Assembly (NCBI GenBank): GCA_963771885.1 | Contig: CAVYVF010000006.1 | Location: 1-26,835, forward strand | Length of the DNA: 26,835 nt | Direction: 5' to 3' | Source: Candidatus Bathyarchaeota archaeon | GTDB taxonomy: Archaea; Thermoproteota; Bathyarchaeia; TCS64 | In this document: piece by piece, positions 9,477-18,471 of the stretch | How positions within the stretch are numbered: the stretch's first letter is position 1 | How the letters are laid out: every line of letters begins with the position of its first letter | Translations under genes and position numbers: made by a program | The notes under the pieces: generated by a model | Told to the model about the DNA's origin: nothing | Seen by the model: the letters and a program-made list of their open reading frames with translations, nothing else | Databases searched by the model: none

Positions 9477-9523
9477 GCGAGTCTGCTTTTCCAGAGCATC
9501 TTCCTGAGAGTCATTAAATCAAA

Positions 9524-10018
9524 ATGCATACAGGATTAATGCAGTTAAACTCGAGGAATCTTGAATTGGAAAATAAACAGCAAGAGAGTAAGGGACCGAT
9601 GGTTCTCGTAGCGTACTACTCACAAGGCGGTAACACTCGTGCAGTTGCCGAGAGGATTTCAAAGTGCCTCGGATCGGATCTTGATGAGATCAAGTGGGAA
9701 ACCGGGGCGAGTAATCGAGCGGTTTTCGGGGTGGATCCAAGCGGATACGACCTTGTCGTGGTTGGGACGCCTGTTAACGGTTTTTCGCCTTCGAAGCCTG
9801 TTGCCGACTACTTACTTAGAAACCGCGGAAAATTCCGTGGACTAGCTACTTATTTGACTTACAGTCTCTGGCCTGCGGGTTCTCTGAAGAAGATGGGTGA
9901 GTTGGCTTCGATGAACCCAGTGGCATCCGCCGCGTTCAAGTCTAGGGACATTAAGCTAGATCAAATCAATGATAAACTTGACGCTTACCTCAAGTTATTA
10001 CAGAAGGCAATCGTTTGA
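9524..10018 (+). CDS. Flavodoxin-like protein
   Basis: LVAYYSQGGNTRAVAERI phosphate-binding loop and YDLVVVGTPV; start uncertain (9524-9599). Confidence 0.85.
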   Translation: MHTGLMQLNSRNLELENKQQESKGPMVLVAYYSQGGNTRAVAERISKCLGSDLDEIKWETGASNRAVFGVDPSGYDLVVVGTPVNGFSPSKPVADYLLRNRGKFRGLATYLTYSLWPAGSLKKMGELASMNPVASAAFKSRDIKLDQINDKLDAYLKLLQKAIV

Positions 10019-10021
10019 GGT

Positions 10022-10585
10022 ATGATTGAGTTGAATCTTATTCAATTTGTTGGAGTTGGGGTGGGACTTGTTATCGGCTTAGTAATCTTCTCGTTCTTAG
10101 TGATCAACTTCGATATAGCCTCCATTTTAGCCACGGGTAGTGAGACTCTTTCGCCGGCTGGGACACCCGTAGGGCGGGCGTTGGTGGTGTACAGTCCCGG
10201 TCTATCCGGGGCTGCGAGGGAATCAGCTACCAAGATCGCGGGGGATCTCAATGGAAAAGGTTACTTCGTGGTGCTTGCTGGGGTCAGGAGCTCAGCTGCT
10301 GGTTCCGGAGTAGAGTACGACGTCGTGATTGTAGGTGGTCCGGTGTATTTCGGAAAGCTGAGCAGTTCAACCGGCGATTACCTTGGGAGCCTTGCATTGA
10401 AGAGTGGTGCCCGGCTGGGGATCTTCGGGACGACGGGCACCGGTCAGTTTATGGAGGTTGACTTCAAATCAGTCAGCGAACAAATATCCGCTTTGAGAAT
10501 CGGGGGAAACACGATGATTAAGCTGATACTTACTGGAGAAGTTGACGCTGACTGCGCCGCTCTAGTATCCTCAGTGCTGGGGTAA
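10022..10585 (+). CDS. Membrane-anchored flavodoxin-like protein
   Basis: N-terminal TM helix; ALVVYSPGLSG and YDVVIVGGPVYFG. Confidence 0.75.
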   Translation: MIELNLIQFVGVGVGLVIGLVIFSFLVINFDIASILATGSETLSPAGTPVGRALVVYSPGLSGAARESATKIAGDLNGKGYFVVLAGVRSSAAGSGVEYDVVIVGGPVYFGKLSSSTGDYLGSLALKSGARLGIFGTTGTGQFMEVDFKSVSEQISALRIGGNTMIKLILTGEVDADCAALVSSVLG

Positions 10586-10608
10586 GTGAACACACATAGT
10601 TTGGGGGA

Positions 10609-11154
10609 ATGTTCTTGGCAGGTTCAAGTAGAAGCGTTAATGGCGAGCCTATCGGCTTATTGGCTGAGGTTTGTGTTGGACTAGCATTTGGCGCTCCATC
10701 GTTTCTGACCTCGGCTCGGGTTGTGATGACTAGTGTTTTGTTCACGACTCTCGTCGAGGGTGGTTGGGGCTTCCCCGTCTTTGCTTTAGCGTGTCTCACC
10801 GACATTTTCGATGGTGCGCTCGCTAGATGGCTGAACGCTGAGAGTAAGTTCGGCGGTCTGTTCGACGCCTCCGCCGACTTCCTGCTGGTCTTCTCGACTT
10901 CGGTATTCTTCGTTTGGAAGGGCATCGTGTCCATCTGGTTTGTAGTCTTGATAGTTGCCGCTTTCGCGGGATACGTCTTCGGTAAAGACGCACCTGGTCA
11001 TGATCCTTTGGGGAAGCATATTGGTACTGTGATTTTTGTGGCTCTTGGGACTGTGCTGGTGTTCCCTGTGTTGTTCGTGGCTTCTTTGGCGACGTTTGTA
11101 TCTTCATGTTATATTGTGGCGTCGATGATTCTTCGCGCGCGCGAAGAGATTTGA
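10609..11154 (+). CDS. CDP-alcohol phosphatidyltransferase family protein
   Basis: Signature DIFDGALAR-x7-GGLFDASAD. Confidence 0.88.
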   Translation: MFLAGSSRSVNGEPIGLLAEVCVGLAFGAPSFLTSARVVMTSVLFTTLVEGGWGFPVFALACLTDIFDGALARWLNAESKFGGLFDASADFLLVFSTSVFFVWKGIVSIWFVVLIVAAFAGYVFGKDAPGHDPLGKHIGTVIFVALGTVLVFPVLFVASLATFVSSCYIVASMILRAREEI

Positions 11155-11196
11155 ACCCACCCGACCGTGGTGTGCGTTGGTTTTATGGCCGCGGGG

Positions 11197-11204
11197 TTTT
11201 TTTT
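11197..11204 (+). terminator. Oligo-T (T8) putative archaeal terminator
   Basis: T8 run about 40 nt after the stop of the three-gene operon. Confidence 0.4.
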
Positions 11205-11372
11205 GGGGAGTTCGTCTTGTCTTCAGTGAGTTTGCGGTGGTTGTTCGAGGCGTCTTAAGAGAGGATTTTCTAAACAGCCTAGGGTGTATCCTATAGAAAA
11301 TTCATATTAGTTGTTAGTAATAATCGCCCTTAAATCATATATATTATTGATACATATCACAAACCGGTATAA

Positions 11373-11498
11373 ATGAGCAAAACAAGCACAGCCTTCGCCC
11401 TGATCGGCGCATGCATAACCATATTCCTAATGATTACCTTCTGGAACACCCTGAGCCAGTTCATGAACGAGGGGCTGCTAAAGGCATTCAGCGGATAG
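11373..11498 (+). CDS. 41-aa small membrane protein, below the ORF-track cutoff
   Basis: MSKTSTAFALIGACITIFLMITFWNTLSQFMNEGLLKAFSG; AT-rich TATA-like region upstream; coding-like composition. Confidence 0.55.
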   Translation: MSKTSTAFALIGACITIFLMITFWNTLSQFMNEGLLKAFSG

Positions 11499-11613
11499 AA
11501 CCGCACGCGCGCGCATTACTAATAAGATAACTTTCTCGATGTTAGCCCTTCACAACGCCTATTTCCCAGTTGAATTTCCCAATCGCGTTCGCACGCGCGA
11601 TAATATTTCATGT

Positions 11614-12162
11614 CTATAGCTTGACGTGCCACATTTTTCTGCTTCTTCGTGCGTGTTCATAGTCGGGGTACTCCAAGGTCCTCTCATGCCGACCGGTAAG
11701 CTCCTCAACATTGATCACAACACAGTGCGCAACACTGAACGTTCGGTAGCTCTTGGTGAACTGCAACCCACCCTCAGACGGGGGCTTACGGTAGAACTCC
11801 TTATACTTTGAGTGAAGCAAACTGAAGAAGTGGAGTTTATTCTCCTCATCGTTCTCGATATGTGCTTTTCCGAAAGCGAGGACACTATCATAGTCCAGGT
11901 GGCAGAGGGCATCATAGTGGTAGCTCACCTCCCCCATGAACTTGTCGACCTCAAAGCAACAGCTAGGGTTCTTCTTCAATACGTCCACCTTCTTTCCGTT
12001 CAAAGCACAGTGAAAGATGATTTTCTTATCCTCATATGCGAAGTTGACAGGGATCACATATGGTTTGTTTTCATCGCTGAGTGCTAGTCGCCCAACCTCG
12101 GCTCTTCTCAGCAGTTCCTCCATCTCCGCCAATCCGTCTTCAGTTGTTTCATCTACCTTCAT
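11614..12162 (-). CDS. Pyridoxamine 5'-phosphate oxidase-like flavin-binding protein (NimA/FMN split-barrel family)
   Basis: VGRLAL, PYVIPVNFAY, FHCALNGKK, NPSCCFEVD, YDSVLAFG; start 12162 (ORF track gives 12207). Confidence 0.88.
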   Translation of the reverse strand: MKVDETTEDGLAEMEELLRRAEVGRLALSDENKPYVIPVNFAYEDKKIIFHCALNGKKVDVLKKNPSCCFEVDKFMGEVSYHYDALCHLDYDSVLAFGKAHIENDEENKLHFFSLLHSKYKEFYRKPPSEGGLQFTKSYRTFSVAHCVVINVEELTGRHERTLEYPDYEHARRSRKMWHVKL

Positions 12163-12475
12163 ATTACCAACTCTTGCATGTCCACTGGTGTTTGACGTGT
12201 TAAGCATTTATCGACATATTAACTCCCCAAGGTTTATGGCGGCACACCTATGGGTCACTTGAAAATGCATGAACGCACTCGAAGTCATCTATTGTGACCT
12301 CCCTGAGAAATCTTCTGTAGAATATGAGTACGCCAACTAGGCGCGCGCCTATACATTACGCGCGAGCACTTCTTTAATCAAAATGTATCCATTTTTTTAG
12401 AAGTTTTATATACTGCATCCTCAATCAGGTGTGAACTTTAATATTATTTAAAAACACGCCTATTGAGAGAACAAT

Positions 12476-14020
12476 ATGACAAAAGAGACGAAGCCCACAG
12501 GAGCAAATAATAGACTAATACTGGCACTCATCATAATCATAGCCATGGCAGGCGCCTCATACTACGCATACCAGACACTAAACCCCCCAATCAAGCCAAC
12601 AAACTGGCCAACCCAAACCTGGACCACCGCCACAGCGGAGGCAAGCGGCTTCGACTCACATAAACTAGCCGAAGCCATCACCTCAATGAAAGCTACCCTC
12701 AACATACACAGCCTCACCATCACAGGCAGCGACGGCGGACTCTTCCTCGACGCCTACTTCTACCCCTACGACGGCTCCACCTACCACGACTATGCCTCCG
12801 TCACAAAAAGCGTGACGACGACCCTCATCGGAATAGCGGCCGACCAGGGAAAACTCGACTTGGATAAACCGATCCTATTCTACTTCCCCGACGCGACGGT
12901 GGCAAACCGCGACGCCCGCAAGGAGAAGGTCACCGTGCGCCAGCTAGCAGGAATGACCTCCGGATTCACATGCGTCGACTACCCCACTGAGGCGACGCTC
13001 GAAGAGATGATGCTGACCCCAAACTGGGTACAGTATGCACTAGATCGCCCAATGGCAGCCGAGCCGGGCACACGCTTCGCCTACGACAGCCTCGGAATGC
13101 ACCTGCTCTCCGCCATCCTCGAGAAAGCCACCGGGGTGACGGAGCTAGAGTACGCTCAACAGGTTCTGTTCACCCCTCTGGGAATAACCGAGGTTTGCTG
13201 GCCATCCGACCCGCAGGGCCACACTAAGGGTTGGGGGGACCTCTGCCTTCACCCACGCGACGCCGCCAAAGTTGGCCTACTCTTTAGCCATGGAGGCGAA
13301 TGGGGTGGCAAACAAGTGGTGTCACAGCGGTGGGTATCCGAGGCGACTAAGAAGCAGGTCTCGACGAATCGCGGCTCAGACTACGGTTATGGTTGGTGGG
13401 TGTCGTCATCCAGTGAAGCTATTCCCTACTTTAGCGCTGAGGGCAGGGGTGGTCAATATATCAGGGTCTACCCGACGCTGAGCATTGTCATTTCGGCGAC
13501 TGGGGGCGGCGTCAGCATGGGCGACATAGGTCCTAAGCTAGCGGAGGCGATAACAGATAATGGAAAGGCTCTGCCAGCCAACCTGATTGGGGCTGAGAGG
13601 CTAAGAGGCGCAGTGGTTGAGGTCGGTGTTAAACCTCAACCGGCGTCTGTAGCTGAGTTACCCGGTTTGGCGGGCGTCGTGTCAGGTAAAACCTACGTCT
13701 TCGACTCGAATATTCTGGGGTTGAAATCTATGGTACTTGAGTTTGACGCTGGCTCTGAGGCGTTCTTTAAACTGGAAAAAGTGGGGGAACTGGAGCCACG
13801 CTTCGGGGTCATTGGCCTCGACGGGGTCTACAGGATGAGCAGTAGCGGTCAGCCTGCGGCTGCTAAGGGAAGCTGGTCGAGTCCCAACGTCTTTGCCTTG
13901 GATTATAACGAGGGTCCAGGTCTAAACTATCTTCAAATAAGATTCATCTTTGAGGATGACGTGGTTCGGTTTAATATTCAGGGATTCGGTGAGATTATCG
14001 GAAGAATCTCGGATATATAA
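12476..14020 (+). CDS. Secreted or anchored serine hydrolase, beta-lactamase/penicillin-binding-protein-like fold
   Basis: N-terminal TM; SxxK (ASVTKS), PGTRFAYDS, YGYGWW, GRGGQYI; extra C-terminal domain. Confidence 0.9.
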   Translation: MTKETKPTGANNRLILALIIIIAMAGASYYAYQTLNPPIKPTNWPTQTWTTATAEASGFDSHKLAEAITSMKATLNIHSLTITGSDGGLFLDAYFYPYDGSTYHDYASVTKSVTTTLIGIAADQGKLDLDKPILFYFPDATVANRDARKEKVTVRQLAGMTSGFTCVDYPTEATLEEMMLTPNWVQYALDRPMAAEPGTRFAYDSLGMHLLSAILEKATGVTELEYAQQVLFTPLGITEVCWPSDPQGHTKGWGDLCLHPRDAAKVGLLFSHGGEWGGKQVVSQRWVSEATKKQVSTNRGSDYGYGWWVSSSSEAIPYFSAEGRGGQYIRVYPTLSIVISATGGGVSMGDIGPKLAEAITDNGKALPANLIGAERLRGAVVEVGVKPQPASVAELPGLAGVVSGKTYVFDSNILGLKSMVLEFDAGSEAFFKLEKVGELEPRFGVIGLDGVYRMSSSGQPAAAKGSWSSPNVFALDYNEGPGLNYLQIRFIFEDDVVRFNIQGFGEIIGRISDI

Positions 14021-14113
14021 CACAGCACACGTTATTCGCGCTCGTAACATATGGTATAAATTACCATAGTGATCTCCCCACGTGCAAGCGAATTTGCGCG
14101 CGTTTTCCTGATC

Positions 14114-14449
14114 TTAACGAATACGTTTCGCTTCCTCGAGAGATTCCCGAAGAGACACGAACTTCACCGTCATGTCTTTTAAACAATCCGCGTCGGATGC
14201 CTTGAGAGTTGATAGAACTCTCGCCTCTGGGAAGAAGGTGCATAGTTCCCCCGTCAGTGATTCTATCCTATGGCTCGCTGCCGAAGACTCGTCAGATTGT
14301 TTCCCTAGTCTAGATTTCACGGAGTTTGTTCGCTCATAGGCTTCGAGGCTCTGTCTGAACTGCCTAATATCTCCTTCAAGTCCGATCAAAATCTTGCATA
14401 GCTTCGTGCTTGAGTTTGTATCTGGCAGAGTCATCACAATTACCTCCAC
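14114..14449 (-). CDS. Hypothetical helical protein
   Basis: 111-aa ORF filling an otherwise empty gap; start may be 14434; no recognised motif. Confidence 0.45.
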   Translation of the reverse strand: MEVIVMTLPDTNSSTKLCKILIGLEGDIRQFRQSLEAYERTNSVKSRLGKQSDESSAASHRIESLTGELCTFFPEARVLSTLKASDADCLKDMTVKFVSLRESLEEAKRIR

Positions 14450-14581
14450 TGGTCTTAATTATTAAAATTTGTATTAAAAATACCTGTACGATTAATGGAC
14501 CTAAACATTAGCTATTTTTTTCATGTGATTGGAGAGTATCAATTGTCGCACGCGTAATATCGACCCCTATACACATACTTA

Positions 14582-14842
14582 CTACAATATCCGAAAATAG
14601 ATTAGTAAAGCAAGTTGAACAAGGAGAAAAAGGGGAACAACAAAAAACTTCAGCTTGCGAATCTTATGCCTAAAAAACATCATGCCCAACAAGGCGCCGA
14701 AGGGACCCAAAGCCGCCTGCACCAACAAGCTAGACTCAGATACTCTTCCCTTGCCCCTCACAGCCCGAAACTTATCAAAACCATAGAGACAAAGAGAGAT
14801 ATAATTAACTAAAATTATCGCCGCTAACAGTGCCTGATTCAC
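14582..14842 (-). CDS. DUF1294-family membrane protein
   Basis: LYGFDKFRA, RVSESSL, GALLGMMFFRHKIRKLKF. Confidence 0.88.
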   Translation of the reverse strand: MNQALLAAIILVNYISLCLYGFDKFRAVRGKGRVSESSLLVQAALGPFGALLGMMFFRHKIRKLKFFVVPLFLLVQLALLIYFRIL

Positions 14843-15255
14843 GTCAGCTCCCCACCTACTTAATGCGAATTAGATAAAAGCACAGTGTAAGGGCGGGGCC
14901 TACTCGGCCCCATACCCAAACGAGTGGCTTCAAGATTGGCAGAGATCCGAAGCAAATCAAATAGTGTCTTTCCACTCTATAAGATAAATGGATGCTGAAA
15001 CCATAACAACCATATGAAAAGAAATTCATAATCCCAGACTAGGAAGAATAACAGAAATACAAAGAACAGAAAAAGGTTAACCAACACAATCCTATACACT
15101 GAAAATTGAATAGAACGAATCAAATGAACAAAGAAGAAACGAGTATAACACCCCTAAACCGAGGAAAAACGGGGGTATATCGATAAAGCCAACCATCGGA
15201 CACTCTAACCCGTCGAAGGTCCATACTCCCATCGAGCCGTCGACACCAGCATCAG

Positions 15256-15274
15256 AGGGGTCGAAGAGACCCCT
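15256..15274. terminator. 7-bp stem hairpin just downstream of the DUF4332 gene
   Basis: AGGGGTC-gaaga-GACCCCT, 17 nt past the stop, preceded by T runs on the minus strand. Confidence 0.4.
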
Positions 15275-15291
15275 TAAAATCACTAAAAAAA

Positions 15292-15696
15292 TTAGTACTC
15301 GACTACCCTTCCGAGTTTCTTCGCCTGCTCAACCCAATCCTTCACCGCGCTCATCGGAGGAGGACGGTTAACGAGGTTCTTCTTCTCGTTAACCTCAAGG
15401 ATCTTGGCATGTAAGTTCTCCGGCACCCTCTTCGCCAACTCCGCAATGGTGTCCACACCTGCCTCCTCAAGCAGATCCGAGTACTCTTGACCGACTCCCT
15501 TAATCCTGTAAAGGTCAGCGAGGTTAACCCACTCCAAGATAAGCTTCTTGTCTATACCCGTCTTGGCAGCGAGCTCCTCCCTCGCCTTTGCAGCCGCACC
15601 CGCCTTCAGCAGGTCGTCCGTCGTCTTGATACCAATTTCACCCAGCTTCTTCGCATACGTCGGGCCGATTCCCTCAATATCTAAAATCTTCGCCAA
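15292..15696 (-). CDS. DUF4332-family helix-hairpin-helix protein
   Basis: DIEGIGPTYAKKL, LEWVNLADLYRIKGVGQEYSDLLEEAGVDT. Confidence 0.9.
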   Translation of the reverse strand: MAKILDIEGIGPTYAKKLGEIGIKTTDDLLKAGAAAKAREELAAKTGIDKKLILEWVNLADLYRIKGVGQEYSDLLEEAGVDTIAELAKRVPENLHAKILEVNEKKNLVNRPPPMSAVKDWVEQAKKLGRVVEY

Positions 15697-15763
15697 TACA
15701 TCACCAAAGTGATGTAAGGTATGATTTATTTTAAATCATTTGCCCACGAAAAAAGGGGTGAAT

Positions 15764-16171
15764 CTATTTGAGTTTCGTCTTCGACAGCTGCTTGCTCAGC
15801 CAGAAGACAACCAGCGCGATTATGATGAAGTCGATAAGGGCGCCAGCGAAGTCTCCTAGGAGGAACTTTATGGGCCCTACCTGGAATACAGCGGTTCTCC
15901 ACTCCCCACCCGGGATGATGACCGCGATTATGGGCATCAGCAGATCGCTTACAAGTGCGGAGATGAGTCTGCCCGCGGCGCCTCCTATGATGAAGGCGAT
16001 GGCAAGGCCGACTACGCCAAATTTGTTCAGAAAGTCCATGAACTCCTCGCTGAACGACTTCTTCGCCGGCGGAGGTGTCGGCGGGGCTGGTTTAGGGGTC
16101 AGTAGTTCCTTGATTTGTGTTAAAGTCTCAAGCATCTTCTCCTGGTTAGCTTTATCAGACATTTTACTCAT
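15764..16171 (-). CDS. mscL: Large-conductance mechanosensitive channel with atypical termini
   Basis: EFMDFLNKFGVVGLAIAFIIGGA, LVSDLLMPII, GDFAGALIDFIIIALVVF; start among 16186, 16171 and 16162. Confidence 0.9.
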   Translation of the reverse strand: MSKMSDKANQEKMLETLTQIKELLTPKPAPPTPPPAKKSFSEEFMDFLNKFGVVGLAIAFIIGGAAGRLISALVSDLLMPIIAVIIPGGEWRTAVFQVGPIKFLLGDFAGALIDFIIIALVVFWLSKQLSKTKLK

Positions 16172-16238
16172 TATAGAGAAACGCATCTGATATTAAACCA
16201 CTACAATAAGAATTCTTCATACTCCCCACAACTACAAA

Positions 16239-16547
16239 CTAGGATAATAGCAGAGACATCTTTCTCTGCATCTTATCCTCGTTAGGCTCAGCATCGCTTA
16301 GCAGTAGTCGAATATTCTCAACAGTGCAGTCTTCGAGCTCTCCATAATTGATTATGCCCGCCTTGTCCATCTTGAATAGGTCGAGTAGCATTCGGTAGGC
16401 TTTCAGCCTCAGCCGTAGCCTCATCGCCTCCTCCCTCGGCGAAGCCGGGTAGGTCAGTGGCTCGAAGTTCACCGCCTCTCTGTTTCTCTTTACGAGTCTG
16501 TTCAGATACTCTAACTCCCTCTCAGTCAAGCATCTCGTCATGAACAA
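16239..16547 (-). CDS. Hypothetical protein
   Basis: About 100-aa ORF co-oriented with its neighbours; LTERELEYL start; no motif recognised. Confidence 0.55.
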   Translation of the reverse strand: MFMTRCLTERELEYLNRLVKRNREAVNFEPLTYPASPREEAMRLRLRLKAYRMLLDLFKMDKAGIINYGELEDCTVENIRLLLSDAEPNEDKMQRKMSLLLS

Positions 16548-16630
16548 GAGTCAGCAATTGGAATTACTAATAATTACTCATTAGAATGTCAAAATCGTGT
16601 CACCCTAAAAATTGTGGCGCTTGTGGGAGA

Positions 16631-16987
16631 TTATCCTAGCATCGGGGCGAGGAAGGCGAATCCTAGGAAGCCTAAAATTATCGCTACTATGGCGAATATC
16701 ACTACGGTTACAACCGCTACGGCCAGTGCCTTGAGCCAGCTGCACTCGTAGTACTTTTTGATCAGGAAGAGAAGGACCACGATCTGAACGACCGCCCCGA
16801 TGAAGCCGCCAATAATAGCGCCAATAACTCCACCCGCTATGCTGCCGAGGATGACGATTACTATCGCGTCTGTGAACTTGGCCTTTGATGGTCCGACCAG
16901 TAGCCTGCCTGCGATCCAAAGCACAGGTGCTGTGACTACGATTCCAACAACTATACTGATCAAGGTTGATACTAAGTCAAACGCCAT
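16631..16987 (-). CDS. Hypothetical membrane protein, about 4 TM segments
   Basis: Highly hydrophobic 118 aa; SWLKALAVAVV pattern; GGTG-like RBS. Confidence 0.75.
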   Translation of the reverse strand: MAFDLVSTLISIVVGIVVTAPVLWIAGRLLVGPSKAKFTDAIVIVILGSIAGGVIGAIIGGFIGAVVQIVVLLFLIKKYYECSWLKALAVAVVTVVIFAIVAIILGFLGFAFLAPMLG

Positions 16988-17141
16988 TCATTACACCGAA
17001 CTAGACATGGTATAACGTGTGTATAATAGTTGTCAGTACACTAAACTTAGATATCGTTTATGGAAATAGGGTTATACATTTACTTCGGTAAGCGTTCTGA
17101 GTGAGTGCCAATTACTATCGACGACGTCACTTGTGAGTAGA

Positions 17142-17834
17142 TTAATGTAAAGCATATTCAACAGCTGCCGTAATATGGTTCAGGTTACCATCGAAGATAG
17201 GTAACCTTGAGTCTTGTTGTCCTACGCCGAGTGGGAGTTCCGTACACCCTAAGATAACCCCTTCAGCCCCCATACCACCCAGTCTATCAATTACTCCCAC
17301 CAGCTTCGTATGCGATGCTTCCCTGATCCGGTTATAAACGAGTTCGTCTGAGATGATTCTCTGAACATCGATTCTGTCCTCTAGGCTTGGTACCACGGTC
17401 TCGACGCCAAACTTTTCCAAAAGCCTGTCCCTATAAAAACTCCCCTCCATCGTTATCCGAGTCGCCATTAAACCGACCTTTTTGAGGCCCATCGCTATAA
17501 TTTTCTCACCCGTCGGGTCCACAATGTGAATAAATGGCACACTTAGGTGTGGCTCCACCTTTGGAGTGGCAATGTGTACGGTGTTGCACGCGATTATAAT
17601 GAAGTCGGCGCCACCAGCCTCAAGTCGCATTGCGGCATCAAGCAGCTTTTCCGCCACCCTATCCCATTTTCCCTGATTGAACAGTGGGTAGAATTCATGC
17701 ATATCCAGAGTATACATGATGCTTATGGCGTTGTGGCTACCGCCTAGCCTCTCGTTCATGAGCTGGTTGATCTTCTGGTAGTATTGCGTTGAGGCCGCTG
17801 CGCTTAGACCCCCAATTATCCCAATGGTCTTCAA
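17142..17834 (-). CDS. Aspartate/glutamate racemase family protein (PLP-independent, RacX/YgeA-like)
   Basis: KTIGIIGGLS, IACNTVH and LGCTELP with both catalytic Cys present; TTG start at 17834 inferred. Confidence 0.92.
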   Translation of the reverse strand: MKTIGIIGGLSAAASTQYYQKINQLMNERLGGSHNAISIMYTLDMHEFYPLFNQGKWDRVAEKLLDAAMRLEAGGADFIIIACNTVHIATPKVEPHLSVPFIHIVDPTGEKIIAMGLKKVGLMATRITMEGSFYRDRLLEKFGVETVVPSLEDRIDVQRIISDELVYNRIREASHTKLVGVIDRLGGMGAEGVILGCTELPLGVGQQDSRLPIFDGNLNHITAAVEYALH

Positions 17835-17978
17835 CAGAGAACCAATAATTGGCTCAGCAACCTCATATTTAATAAAACTGCACGCGCGCGGCGTGGACGC
17901 GCGAATCACAATATTAAAAACTTAACCTCATAATAAACAAATATATACCTTCATAACGATTCGATCAATCTGACCCTT

Positions 17979-18461
17979 ATGATCGGATCTGAACTACTAT
18001 ATTCGCTATCCCTATGGTTCATTCGAGCCCTAATCTCAAGTATAATCTGCTTAATCATCGGATATCTCGGAATTAGAGGCATCTCGATCATCACAACCCA
18101 AGTAAACGAGTTCAAAACCATTAAAGGCCATCCACTAGCCACGAGCCTATTCTTAGGCGGCTTCTTCATCTACGCAGGTCTAGTCATCTATGGATCTATG
18201 GTCAACCCCTTCTTCCTATCCCAAAACATCTCAATCGGCTCTTACTTTAACGTAACAAGGCTCGCCGTCGTCATTCTAAGCTTCCTGGTGAGCTTCATAT
18301 TCGGAGGAGTCCTCCACTACATATTTAGCAAACTCCACCTCTTCAACGTGGACTTGGACGACATAAACAAAGATCCAACCGCGGTAGGCATTTTCCTCTT
18401 CTGCTACCAAATATTCCTTGGATTAATTATCTTCTCAAGCCTAAATGTACCACTCGGCTAG
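17979..18461 (+). CDS. Membrane protein with internal repeat (DUF350-like)
   Basis: Four TM segments; repeated units IKGHPLATSLFLGG / INKDPTAVGIFLFC. Confidence 0.65.
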   Translation: MIGSELLYSLSLWFIRALISSIICLIIGYLGIRGISIITTQVNEFKTIKGHPLATSLFLGGFFIYAGLVIYGSMVNPFFLSQNISIGSYFNVTRLAVVILSFLVSFIFGGVLHYIFSKLHLFNVDLDDINKDPTAVGIFLFCYQIFLGLIIFSSLNVPLG

Positions 18462-18471
18462 ATTGATAAAA

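Noticed and set aside
12476..14020. Calling the SxxK protein an antibiotic-resistance beta-lactamase
   Set aside because: The fold is shared by esterases, amidases and peptidases; the motifs do not establish beta-lactamase activity.
15768..16190. 140-aa plus-strand ORF matching mscL in length
   Set aside because: Antisense shadow; the minus strand carries the family motifs.
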